Of a stretch of DNA of 64,000 bases, positions 25,330 to 37,997 are shown piece by piece. The position numbers were made by a program, and so were the translations under genes. Origin of the DNA: Octopus bimaculoides. Lineage: Eukaryota. Below the pieces are notes generated by a model, which searched no databases, had not been told where the DNA came from, and saw nothing but the letters and a program-made list of their open reading frames with translations. Location: the NCBI RefSeq assembly GCF_001194135.2, contig NC_068981.1, positions 96,551,214 through 96,615,213 of the forward strand, given 5' to 3'. Position 1 is the stretch's first letter. Each line of letters opens with the position of its first letter.

Positions 25330-26320
25330 AAAATGTTTTAAACATTTTCTAGTAGACGAAATAACCTCGACGACCTTCCATGTTGATCAGATATCAATTT
25401 TTCTAATTATTTCTGAGGTGTCATACATAACAGTGGTACCACCATCAGCTGAACGAAGTAGATAACTACAAGCTACCAATTACATCCCATATCATACTTT
25501 TATCTAGCATATTCATCCAATTTTAAAAGAATTTGGATGCCTCCCATGTATCAATGATCTATTTGCACCGCTTCTAACAACGATCACTGTTACGCACCCT
25601 TCATTCTGCTCTTATCTTCCCGAACCACGTATCATCCTCCAGCAATCTAAACACCACACGCCAAACATGCATAGATTCCATAAATGGAAGTCTTGAGAGC
25701 AGCCTAACCGTATCAAGAAAACATCACCTCCAAAAACTGAATGGCACTCAGTTAGAGCCCCCAGTCACTCCAAATGGTGGGCCTCACTATCACCGCGAAT
25801 CTCTCTTGGCAAAAGCACGCCCTTATCATAGCTTGGAAATGCATTTCAAAGACTAGCTCATCTCTTTTGACAAGAAGATATTTAAACCAACGACAGTTGC
25901 TGAAACTATAAAACCTACTCTGAAGTTCTACTCCCACATCTGAGGCGGTGGTCTGTATTCAGAAAAGTGTCACTCGACTGATTGGAACTCCATTACTAAC
26001 AGACTTACCCCAGCCTCTATTTCTTTTCTGCCACTACTATAACAACCTTCGCCCTTCGGAAATGGCTAGTCTTGTATCTCCACCACTCAGGCAACTCTGA
26101 CCCACTCGTTTTTCCACTGATCCGGCACTCTGGTGTATCTAATTCCTTCTCTTCGTACTAACTGCTAAAACCCGAAAACATTGGCTCTCTGAAATCTCTC
26201 CACTCACGTCTTTCTTGCGAGTATTAACCTGCAACAGCTTAAATAACGGAACAGTCTCGTCGAGTCTGCAAAAGCCATGGGCTCTGTCTCTTCCTCCAGA
26301 CTCGACAAGTAAACACACAT
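25330..26320 (+). mobile_element. Old CR1/Jockey-like LINE 3' fragment
   Basis: Decayed RT C-terminal motifs, e.g. MVGLTITANLSWQKH at about 25775-25820; many stops and frameshifts. Confidence 0.6.
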
Positions 26321-27043
26321 ACATAGGTCGTATAACTGTGTGCAGGCTCCTCCGCTGCTGTGTTTTAACTAACCAAAGCTAGCCCGGCTCCGCTGTAGTC
26401 TACATTAGAATTTGCGAACATACTAAGACTGTCCAAACTGCGACACTTCACCCCATGTGCTGCATAACAGTATCTTGAAATGCGCAGTATGTTCTCAACT
26501 AAGCAGAGAATCATTGTGTATCATTCGCTCGTTGTTCCATCACAATAAAGCTGTTATCGAAAAACAAGTTCCAACAATAAATTTTGGAGCGTTACACTTC
26601 GTCGAAATTAAAGTCTATCTGGAAGCGTAGTTATTTTATCTGGTTGAAAACCAATTGCGTCGTTTCTCTTACAATAATTGTGTGAAAGATACTGTAGAAA
26701 CAGAAGGGTATATCTAATACATAAGTTATGCTTCGAATTAATGGGTGTTCGCATAAATTCTAATTTAAAATAGGGTTGCCACACGTCCGTATTTTCCAAA
26801 ACATGTCTTGGATTCAGGTGTCAAATTTTGTATCCAGAAATGTTTACAAGTCTCCAAAAGTCCAGAATTTCAGCCTTCTGCTACTTAGAAATTTTACACA
26901 CACACACACACACAATAAATTTGTATTCTACAAAAGTATAGAGTAACCCATCAGACTAATGTAAAATGGTTTTTATTATAACTAAAAACAAACATTAATG
27001 CGCATTGGATGAGGATACAGTGGTGTCCTAGATTCTGGCTGTT

Positions 27044-27392
27044 CAGATATCTTTTACTGGTTGATTCAGTTATTAGATATCCTGGTGAACCACCTTGAAG
27101 GGTGTTTTTAGTCGAAAGAATCGCCCCCCCCCCCACAATTTATTTTTAAGCTTGGTACTTATTCTCTTTGGCCGAACCGCTATGTCATGGGGACGTAAAG
27201 AAACCAACCAACACTGGTTGAGATGGGGGACAAACATAAACACAAAGACACATAAACATATATACATAAGGCCTTGGTCGGCCGGCGATATAATAAAAGA
27301 CAATAGCCCAAAGTGCCACACAGCAGGACTGAACCCGGAACCATGTGATTGAGAAGCAAACTTCTCACCATAAAACCATACCTGCGACTATG
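27044..27392 (-). mobile_element. OK/OR-type SINE
   Basis: gaaccaccttgaagg, gccgaaccgct, ggactgaacccggaaccatgtg motifs on the reverse strand. Confidence 0.8.
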
Positions 27393-28661
27393 GCAATACT
27401 AATTTCGGAAATTTCCCACCATTTTTTCTCTCATTTTAATTTTAAAATGCCGATTTTTGCCAAATTTTTTTGCAGATTCGTATTCTCCGTAGCCGAAAAC
27501 GGGGTTTTGTGAAGAAAAAAATAAAAGTTTTAAAGGGGGNNNNNNNNNNNNNNNNNNNNNNNNNNNNNNNNNNNNNNNNNNNNNNNNNNNNNNNNNNNNN
27601 NNNNNNNNNNNNNNNNNNNNNNNNNNNNNNNNNNNNNNNNNNNNNNNNNNNNNNNNNNNNNNNNNNNNNNNNNNNNNNNNNNACAAAAGGAAATCTTGGG
27701 GTGGTACAAAAGGAAGTCTTGCCCTAATTTCAAAATAATAAATCCAACTGTCAACTTTACCCCACGCAAACTTCGAATATAAACTTTAGGGCAACTGTAA
27801 CTTATATAAACAATAACATTTGCAAATTAGCGTTTTCACATTTGGAAACGATAACACATCTTGTTTGTCATTTCATCTTTCTGTATCATTTTGATGTATA
27901 TCGAAATTAAACATCGCGTCTATAGATAGGCAGTTACAATAGATAACTTGAAATACTAATTGGTTTAATATTCACATTGCTAGATAGTTTCTTTCCCTTT
28001 AAATTTAACTCGCGAATGTGTTTATTGATGAAGGTAAGATGGCAGTGCAGACTTGCGTCTATGAATACATTGAAATGAAGTAATCTGAAGCAGTCTTTGG
28101 TAAACATTTAAACATGCTTTATGTTGAATCAAATATACACCTAACACAGAAATACCGTCTTTACAGACAGAAAGCATTAAATATGAAAATGGTGCAAGCG
28201 AGAAAACGTAAGACACGACTAGCTCAATTAACACACGCGCACAAAAAAAAAATCACTGTAGTTAGCTATAAAAATGTGTAGCTTTTCATAATCATTATTG
28301 ATTTATACTTTTCACTAATTAGATCTTTATTCTCATTTTATTATTAAAACATTAAATGTGAAAAAGAAATAAAACTATAACAGTTACATTTATAGAATAA
28401 AAACTAAATAGTAAAGATCGACTGTATTTTCAAGAGAAAAAAATGACATTTTATTTAAAATTCGAAGGGAACTATTTGAAAACTACGTATGAACATGCCT
28501 TTATTACTGCTAGATATTGATTTTAAAACATGTAAATGTGCAACAGAAAAGTCTAGCTAAGTAGAAGGCACACATCACAACTATTGCTAGAGAAAAAAAA
28601 TCCTCTTCGTTATAGTAATAACAAATTCAGTCAATGAACTGTCCATGCTAGGACATAACCT

Positions 28662-29247
28662 GGATCTTTTTTAAAACGGGGGCCACATTTTTCATTAATG
28701 TTTTACGTAGTGTTTTTGGTAGCGAAAGACTTTCAAACTTCGTATACTTATCTATTTTGTGTTATAGAACAGAAAAATATTTTTGTATTCGAATTTATTT
28801 CATGTAAAAAATTGTCTTATTTCGATAATTTCAACCAATCACTGACAAGTATTCAGTTGTTTACATTTACTCCTTTGGCTCACTAAGCGATGTAAAGCGT
28901 ATTTAATCTCCATACCTTTGTTTTATTTGCTTTTTTCATTTTAAATTTGCTTTAACCCTAACCCTAACCCTAACCCTAGGGTTAGGGTGAGAGTTAGGGT
29001 TAGGGTTAATTGTTTCAGAATCGTTTGTTTATGTAGTCGGCACTTAATGTATATCGGTTGAATGGACGTCAGTGATTGGTTGAAATTACAGAAATACGAC
29101 AACTTTAACATGGAATAATTTATGGATTTCTTTTTTTTTTAAGAAGACTAAGAGAAAAAGATGTTTTATATGACACAATCTACCAGTGTTCCAAGTTTCA
29201 AAGTGTTTCGTTAATGAAAAATGTGGCCCCCGTTTTAAAAAAGATCC
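28662..29247. mobile_element. MITE with perfect 37-bp TIRs starting GG and an 8-bp TSD
   Basis: TIR ggatcttttttaaaacgggggccacatttttcattaa at 28662-28698, inverted at 29211-29247. TSD cataacct at 28654-28661 and 29248-29255. Internal (TAACCC)4/(TTAGGG)n at 28953-29008. Confidence 0.92.
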
Positions 29248-29599
29248 CATAACCTTCTAGTCGGTTAGGACAGCAGTACTTATTTTACCGATGTCGGAAG
29301 AATGAATGATAGAAGTAAACTTGGGTGGGATTTGAACTCAAAACGTAAAGTGACATGACATTATGACGCTAGATGTTTTGCCAAGCGCTCTGCCGATTCT
29401 GCCATCGTCTAAGTATCTTGAAAGTGACACAAGTGTCCAGGCTTAATCTGAAAGCCATAATGTGACAGTACAAAACGAAAATAAGGTTATACTATAAATG
29501 CTATCTAAAAAAAAAGGTATTGTGGAATAGAGGAAAAAAGAATGAGCAGAGAATAACCTTAGTCTTCTTTCTTTTTATTGCTAATATCAAGAGGGGAAC

Positions 29600-31550
29600 G
29601 TAACATAACCCAGTAAAGTAACAATAACACATAATAGGCGACATCCTCAGGTAATTAGACGGTCAATCCTGGCGGAAATGCACTAAAGTTAAAATCCTAT
29701 CTGGTATTTTTCATTGTACAATCAAACAAGACACTAGTGACAACTGTAAATCTGGAAAATAGTTGTCCGTTTTATTTTTCACTCGATAACTCAGTGACTG
29801 ATGTTGGTAGGAACATTCAACTGTGGAAAATGTCTCCAACAATTCTTATGTAAATATCCCAAATTTATAGCACTGTCCAATTCATATCAGCAAAGAAAGA
29901 AAATATTTCAAGAAAGAAAAACATTTATAAAATAAATACGTCAATTAACCAGACCGGTAAGGCTCACGAAGAAGATTATTAAAGAAAGCAGTGGACAGCA
30001 GAAGTAGTAGCCACTGGACAATTTGCCATCCTCTACATTTACATCATGCAAACTACAGATCAGAAATTAATCTCGCTAAATATCTAAGCCATCTCAGCTG
30101 TTCAGGTTATACGCTTCGTTTTAAATGGTAGCATATGTGCTTACATAGAATCACTACTCATCTTGAAATCAGGAAAAATGAAAAATTTTAGCTCAATCTC
30201 TCTTTCTTATTAATCTTATCTGCTGTCTTAACTACTTTCCATTCAACTCTTCTAACAATCAGGAGCTATTCTTGCACAGACATCTATCTCACTTTACCTA
30301 TACTTGCTGGTTTTAACGCACACAACTTCATAGTTGTGACATCCAACAGTGGCACATAGAAACTCTATCTTTCTCATAGCTACATTTGACACACTGACAC
30401 TCCAAATAATTGGTTTATCTCTTTCTCATACTTGTCGCCATCCTTTATTCCTCCTCCTATTCCTACTACTGTCCCATCAGATTGTCTAAACACAGCCTAA
30501 TCAAAGCAACACATCTCACATATTCCTACTGCAAAACACTCCCTCTGAGCCAGTAAACCGCTCAGGGCTATACAAATTCTAGGCTGACTACTCTTGACAG
30601 CAAATGAGGTTCATGCACACCCTCCTGAGACAGCCGTCTTAATATGTTTCTCTAAGTTCTTCATATAACCATGCACTGCATCAGTGTACAAACTCAGAAT
30701 ACTGCATTCAACACTTAGATGATGCACCCAGTGCAGTCAACTGGAAGTCATTTAATGACACCACATGCAAATGTGAAAGAATTCCTCTGTGCTCTTGTCT
30801 CCCAAATTGCAGGAGAGCTTTCTAGGCCATTGCTTTGAGAATTTTGTTTTCTTTACGGGAGCATAAAAGAGGGATGTGACTTTTCCAGTACTTAGTACTC
30901 TCAACTAAACTGGTTCTATAAGTAGCACTCTTGCCACTATTTATGCTTTTAACACTACATTCACACAACAAAACTCCTCCTAAATTCTCCACCTCCATGC
31001 AAACAGTGAACACATGTGAAAACTTCTCTGATCACAGCAAATCAACAAGGTGATTGGTTCCAACAGTATCCTTTTCATTGCCCACAAATAGCATGCTCCA
31101 GAGATAGCTCATATCTTTGGCAAACTTTTCAATCTTTTTCTCCAATTTATGAAGACTTACTATCAACGTATCATGTTCCCACCCTACATCTTAAACATGT
31201 TAACCATCATTAATATAGCTATCTTCTTCATGTTGAATCATTTCTCCCTCTTCAGTAACCATCAATATAGCTTTAAAAAAGCCAGACTGCTGGGGAATTA
31301 TTTCTCTAAGTCATACATCAATGATCTCTCATCTTTGACAACTTCAGTAAAATTGATGTTGTTCTTGACATCAATAACATTTTTAACAAAGCCTAACATG
31401 AGAACTTCTGAGCAAAGTAAGCTACCATTTCCTGTCACAATGCTCTATTGTGGCATGTTCTGGTAATAAACAATAGTTGACATGTCAGAACTGCATATCA
31501 TCAGCTTTTCATTCTAGTTTTAATTATTTCACTTAGGTCACTAATGTTCT
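29600..31550 (+). mobile_element. Highly decayed CR1/Jockey-like LINE (EN and RT remnants)
   Basis: GFNAH-like endonuclease remnant near 30308; HQYSFKKAR (QYGFR-like) near 31259; LDINNIFNK (LDISKAFDK-like) near 31364. Confidence 0.55.
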
Positions 31551-31851
31551 TGAGAAAAGCAGGAAAAGTCACATCCTTCTTTTATGCTCCCATAATGAAA
31601 ACAAATTTCTCAAGGCAGCAGGAAACTACTATAGAATACATTTCCTGAGAAATAACAAAATCATCGCAAACAATATTCAAAAACAAACATTTAGTGTTGC
31701 AAAGGTGACCAGCCTTTTAGGCAGAAAAGGAGTAGAGGAAAAAGCAAATACAAAAACGATGATATCGAAAATATTTATTAATGTTATGGAGTTAATGGTA
31801 AAATATAGTTTGTACAGACATCATTTTATGCCAAACAACCTAGAGAAAATT

Positions 31852-34220
31852 TGTGAGAGAGAATTGTGATGTCGTAGGAGAGAAATGTGTCCACGTGGAT
31901 GACGGCTCACTTGCATTTAATGAGGCTACAAGGAGAGAGACTTGGAGACGCCACTATGAAAGGTTGCTAAATGAAGAGAATGAATAGGAGAAAGAGAGTC
32001 TGTTGAATGTCGATCCAACAAAGAGACCAGCTATCCGAATTGACAGTACCTTGGTAGATAAAGCAATTAAGGGTATGAAGACAGAGAAAGCCCCCGGCCC
32101 ATCAGGAATCACTGCAGAGATGCTAAAAATTTCTGGTGGTGTTGGCTATAGTCTAATCACCCATATAGTCAATCAGGTGATACATGAAAGAATCATACCC
32201 AATGACTGGTGTAGCAACACCATAGTCAACTGCTACAAAGGTAAAGGTGATGCATTAGGTACAAATAATTAGAGCTATCAAGTTATTGGATCAGGTAATG
32301 AAAATCATGGAGAGGGTCATAGTCCAACTAATTAGGGAGAGAGTCAGTTTAGACGAGATGCAGTTTGGGTTTGTGCCTGGGAAAAGCACCATTGATACTA
32401 TATTTCTAGTAAGACAGCTGCAGGAGAAATACCTAGCCAAAGATAAACCTCTGTACCTAAGCTTTGTTGATATGGAGAAAGCCTTTGGCAGGGTCCCCCG
32501 ATCCCTTATCTGGTGGTCAATAAGGAAACTAGGAATAGATGAATAGTTAGTGAGAGCTGCACAAGCCATGTACAAGGATGCTGTCAGTAAGGTGAGGCTT
32601 GGCAACGAGTACAGTGAAGAATTCCGGGTAGGGGTAGGGGTCCACCAAGGATCAGTCCTCAGCCCCCTCTTATTCATCATAGTCCTCCAGGCAATAACAG
32701 ATTCAAGACAGGATGCCCCTAGGAGCGTCTCTATGCTGATGACCTTGCTCTAATTGCTGAATCACTATCAGAACTAGAGGAGAAGTTTCGAGTATGGAAG
32801 CAAGGGCTAGAATCGAAGGGCCTTAGAGTCAACCTAGCAAAAACCAAAATCTTAATAAGTAGGAAGGCAGACAAACCACAAATCCCTGTTCGATCTGTAG
32901 AAAAGGTGTAGGTAGAAACTCCATAAAATGTACCCAGTGTATGCTATGGATACATAAGAAGTGCAGCAATATCAAAGAAAGGCTAACTAGGAAGATAGTT
33001 TTTTTGTGTGGCAAATGCTCAGGAGCAATAAACACTGAAAATATGCAGACAACAGCTTCCGCCACATTCCAGGAAAAAAAAACTACAAGTAGTTGATAGC
33101 TTCCATTATCAAGGTGACCAAGTCAGTAGCAGGGGTGGGTGTGCTGTAAGTGTAGATGCTAGAATAAGAATAGCCTGGGCAAAGTTCAAAGAGCTCCTAC
33201 CTCTGCTGGTGACAAAGGGCCTCTCGCTCAGAGTAAAAGGGAGACTGTATGACGCATGTGTACGAACAGCCATGCTACATGGCAGTGAAACAGGGGCCGT
33301 GACTGCTGAGGACATGCATAAGCTTGCAAGGAATGAAGCTAGTATGCTCCGATGGATGTGTAATGTCAGTGTGCATACACGATAGAGTGTAAGTGCCCTG
33401 AGAGAAAAGTTGGACTTAAGAAGCATCAGATGTGGTGTGCGAGAGAGACGACTGTGCTGGTCTGGTCATGTGTTGCGAATGGATGAGGACAGCTGTGTGT
33501 AAAAGTGTCACATTCTAGCAGTAAAAGGAACCTGTGCAAGAGGTAGACTCAGGAAGACCTGGGATGAGGTGGTGAAGCACAACCTTCGAACATTGGGCCT
33601 CACAGAGGTAATAACAAGTGACCGAGACCTTTGGAGATATGCTGTGCTTGAGAAGACCCGGCAAGCCAAGTGAGACTGTAACCGTGGCCTATGCCAGTGC
33701 AGAATAACTAGCCCATTTAAGAGTACCTTTCAATTATTGGGCAGTAAACTGCACTTGCGAAGACCTGTTGAGGCAAGTGAAATTGTTGTCATGGCCGATG
33801 ACAGTACCACTTGATTGGTGTGATCATTGCCAGTACTGCCTGACTGGCTCCCATGCCAGTGGCACATAAAAAGCACCATTTGAGTGTGATCATTGTCAGT
33901 GTCACCTGACTGGCTCCTGTGCCGATGGCACGTAAAAAACACCATTCAAGCAAGGTCCTTGCCAGTGTCATCTAAGTGGCTCTTGTGTCAGGGGCACGTA
34001 AAAAGCACTATTTAAGCATGGTTGATGCCAGTACTGTCTGGCTGGCCCTCATGCCGGTGGTATGTAAAAAGCACCCACTACACTCGTGGAGTAGTTAGCA
34101 TTAGGAAGGGCATCCAGCTGTAGAAACTCTGCTAGATCAGATTGGAGCCTGGTGCAGCCTTCTGTTTCGCCAGCCCTCTGTCATACCATCCAACCCATGC
34201 CAGCATGGAAAGCGGATGAA
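31852..34220 (+). mobile_element. RTE-clade LINE (family 2), 5'-truncated, with 3' UTR and tail
   Basis: ORFs 32003..32272 (KAPGPSGITAEMLK), 32286..32546 and 32550..32753 (GVHQGSVLSPLLF), then YADD, RIRIAWAKFKELLP and GRGRLRKTW. The 3' UTR ends ccatgccagcatggaaagcggatg. Confidence 0.94.
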
Positions 34221-34467
34221 TGATGAAAACAGGACAATGTTCTAGCTTTATATTTTGAATGTTTTTCTTATGAGTCCCTTGCAGGTTGTTTGCAACAAGT
34301 ATGTATATTTGAAAGAATTGGTCAAGAAAAGAAGTTTAGAATAGAATTTGTTGTCTGATGGGCAGTGTAGAATTGGAAGAGAAAAGGGTCAGGAATGCTA
34401 AACCTATCTAATATCAGGAGTATTCTGTAAGGCTAGTCAAGGTCCACTTAGCAACAGATCAAAAGAC

Positions 34468-34529
34468 CTGGCTCTAGGAAATACAATACATATTTTCTCT
34501 GGCTCTAGGAAATACAATACATATTTTCT
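34468..34529 (+). repeat. Perfect 31-bp tandem duplication
   Basis: ctggctctaggaaatacaatacatattttct x2. Confidence 0.95.
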
Positions 34530-34619
34530 GCTTTTATGATACTTTTATGTATGACAATAATGGATGAATATCTGGTCATAGTAGTTGACTTTCTCTAAGT
34601 GTATGCAGTATTTTCAGTA

Positions 34620-35330
34620 TGATTGCATATGAACTACTCAAAAGTTATGAATATGGCATGTATGGTGAATTTGAAGAGACATACCTTAGGTGATAGTTTC
34701 AGTCACCCACTTAGTTGTTTCAGACAGATCAGTGAAAGAAGCACATTTGGCACTAAGGGCAGTCAATATAGAGTTAGCAAAGGGGATCCAAGAGGTAGTT
34801 GTTGTGAAGTATGATATGGAGTGAAATGTCTTGACAGTGATTAAATGATTGTAATGAGAACAGCAACTGAACAAATAAAGAAATCAAGAATGGAGAGTCA
34901 ATGAATCAGTCACTGATAGGGAAAGAAAAGAAACTAATGTAGATAAATCAGGCTAGTATGGATATAGAAGTAGTAAAGCTACAACGGACTGGGTTAAAAG
35001 AAGTCACCAATGAAGAAACCTTCAGAAACAGATGATTTGAGATAGATACCTTAAATGCAAGATGAAATTTATTTAAACCACTGGTGGGTGAAGGAGTTGA
35101 GACAGCAAATGATTTTAAAGAATGTGACGAAAAAAAAAAAAATAAATAAACTGAATTAGAAACCTTTATTACTGACATCCAGAGGAAAGTAAATCCTACA
35201 GAAGCACAGACACAGAAATAGTTAAGAGATATGAGAAAACATTTGAAAGAGAATGAGTAGTTATGTGTGTCTAGTATATTAGAACCAGTGAGTGTGATTT
35301 GAGGGAGAAGAATTTGATATAATGAGAAAT
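34620..35330 (-). mobile_element. Very old LINE remnant
   Basis: Composition and partial motifs resemble a CR1-like ORF2 on the reverse strand; no intact ORF. Confidence 0.35.
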
Positions 35331-35499
35331 TGGTACGCTGAGAAAAGAAAATTGATCAGTAGAGCACTGATATGCTTGGAGGAGGAGGAGAAAAAAAACA
35401 AAGCTCATGGGTTGAAGCATACCACAGCATCCATTTCCCTCTAACTTGAGCCATTGTTTTTAAGTGAGTTTCTGAAAACCCAATGCATGCTGGAGGCAT

Positions 35500-36840
35500 C
35501 ATCATCATCATCGTTTAATGTCTGCCTTCCATGCTAGCATGGGCAAGGCAGTTTCACAAGAGCCGGCCAGGCAGAAGCCTGCACCAAACTTCAGTGACCG
35601 TTTTGGTAGGATTTTTACAGCTGGATGCCCTTCCTGAAACCAACCACTCAGCAGAGTGGACTTAGTGCTTTTTACATCCCCGATTAGGAATGAAGACAGA
35701 AATAGGTGCGCTACTGCAAAGGAAATACATGGTTACCCAACTTGAGGGAAGTGCAGGAGAAGGAGAGAGAGAGTGGGAGTCAGCAGGGTAGAGATGGTGG
35801 CAAAATGCCAGGCATACTCACAAGGGACAGGGAGCAGAATATAAATGGGATGGCTGAGTAAAGGAAAAGAGAAATATAGATGGTGGCAAGTGCCAGGGCA
35901 TATCCTTGAGGTTCAAAACGCGATATAAGTGGCAGGATATTGCAAAGGAAGTGTGATTAAAGAGTGCGGGGTGGGGGTGGGGTGGGGTGGGTGCCAAAAC
36001 CTGGGTGTATATAGTCAGGAGGCTACAGGATAGCAGTGATACAGAGAAGCAGGGCTGTGAGGACAGGATAGGGAGTGTATAAAGGAAATGTGAGGAAGAG
36101 ATGTAGATTGGTTTGTTGGGGTAGGGTAAGTGAAAAGTTTTCTTGTTACATGTGGGTGGAACACACAGGTTGGGGGCTAACAGATACCAATAATACAGTG
36201 AGACAGGGCGTGTGGGTGGATCACATAGGTTGGGGTCTAGCGGAGAGCAATGATATAGTGGCACAGGGCCAAGAGGACAGGGTTGGAGAGTGGGAAGTAA
36301 GCATAGCACATGAAGTGGAAATGTGAGGAAGAGAAGAGATGTACAGACGTAGTTTGGTTTGTTGTGGTAGAGTATGTGAGACGTTTCCTTGTTAAGTGTG
36401 GGTGGGACACACAGCGATTCTAGACATCTCGGTCCATTGTCATTTCCTCTGTGAGGTCCAACATCCTGAGATCGGTCCTTACCACTCCATCCCATGTCTT
36501 CCTGGGTCTCCCTCTTCCACAAGCACCATCTACTTTTAGCGATCGGTACTTCTTTATGCAGCTATCCTCATTCATATACATCACATGTCCAAACCAACAT
36601 AGTCTTCTCTCTTGTATGCTACATTTGATTTCTCTTGTGCCTAACTTTTCTCTCAATACATTTGCACTTTGCCATACATGTGCTCTGATGTTGCACATCC
36701 AACAGAGTATACTATCTCCATTTCTCTCCAGTCTATGCATATCTTCTGGATTCAGAGCCCATATCTCGCTACCAAGGAGTATAGCTGTTCGCACACAAGC
36801 ATCATATAGTGTACCAATCATAAAATAAGGGGAAAACAAG
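35500..36840 (-). mobile_element. RTE 3' fragment with long 3' UTR and (CAT)n-tailed end
   Basis: ORF 36420..36839 (LYDACVRTAILLGSEIW, RRLCWFGHV, GRGRPRKTWDGVVRTDL). The UTR has an internal ~75-bp duplication; catcatcatc tail near 35500. Confidence 0.85.
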
Positions 36841-37885
36841 ATACAGGATTACATACTAACAAAAAGAGAAAGTGAAAATAATACCTAAGAGAAGCTGAGG
36901 TGAAATGAAATTAGCAGGACTGGATCAAGGCAGAGCTCCAGAAAATTAAAGAGCAGTTGGTAGGGGAGGGGTGAGTTTAGACAAACCATTACCAGGACAT
37001 TTAAATCAGCTGAAGTTATGAAAGCATTAATGAAGAACAAAATAAATTCATCACCAAACAAATGTGTGTGTGTGTGTGTGCATGCATGCACGCACACGCC
37101 AGAGATCGAGAGAGGGTGATGATATGGAGCAGTTATAACTACTGAATGGAGTAAAGTAGAGAGATCTAAAAAACGAGATACCTATACTGAGGGTGTAGTA
37201 TTTTGAAATAAAATTACAATAGCTAGAATGTTAAGGAGCCATCAAATGTATTAAGAAAACAATTATTTTTCACCACTGACACCTAATGATTGAACAATTT
37301 CAAACATCATGCTTTACAATCAGATAGAAAAATGAGGTTAACAGTCCAAAATACTTTTTACTGATAATAATAGTAATTGATTAATAAAAAAATTGGTACA
37401 TATAAGAGAGAAGTTTCAAACAGTGATAGGCAGTTTTGGAATGAAGAATTGCATATAATGTTTATCAGAGTTTAATGAAAGAAATATAACAATACATAAA
37501 TTCAAATGAAGAAGTAGATGATGAATGAATGAATGTATCTCACAAGTTCTGGAAAGCAAAACCCAATATCTTAGCAGTAAGAGATCCAAAAAGAGTAAAT
37601 AGTAGGTTAATGATTCAAAATTTTCAATTAAGAATGCCAATGATTCAAAATATGCCATTCCAAGTAAAGGAACAAGAATCCAGAGAAATGTTCACAAAGG
37701 GAAGGTTTGCCAATCAGGCAAATGGATTTCATTTCAACAAACTCTCGCCCATGATCAAAAATGGTTTACTACTTTTCTTTCAAGTTACTACAAGCTTAGT
37801 TGTAAAAATTTGCCTTATAAACCAATACTTTAAACATATAACTGGTATGTCTCCCATTCAATATTAATATATAAGAATGAATTAC

Positions 37886-37997
37886 CTGTATATATCGAAG
37901 AGCACTTCGTAAAATACTTAGATTGGAGTTCTTTTTGTCCTCTGAAGGAGGTATTTGGTTACGAAGACCATCGAAACATTCCTTCATGTGGGCCCTC
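37886..37997 (-). CDS. MNT: MNT coding exon 4 (helix-loop-helix)
   Basis: ttaacag|G AGG GCC CAC ATG AAG GAA ... TAT ATA CAG|gtaatt, 112 nt = RAHMKECFDGLRNQIPPSEDKKNSNLSILRSALRYIQ. Close to human MNT RAHLKECFETLKRNIPNVDDKKTSNLSVLRTALRYIQ. Overlaps ORF 37796..37987. Confidence 0.96.

Noticed and set aside
26771-26950. hAT-like left end TAGGGTTGCCA
   Set aside because: No convincing right TIR or TSD, so not listed as a feature.
27400-27539. Odd homopolymer-rich sequence before the gap
   Set aside because: Looks like a low-quality read end adjoining an N gap; not interpretable.
28953-29008. Ancestral telomere-telomere chromosome fusion site
   Set aside because: Only a few repeat units, and they lie inside a TIR/TSD-bounded MITE, so they are element-borne.
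35818-36522. 234-aa minus-strand ORF
   Set aside because: An alternative frame of the RTE C-terminus and its repetitive 3' UTR, with no recognisable domain.
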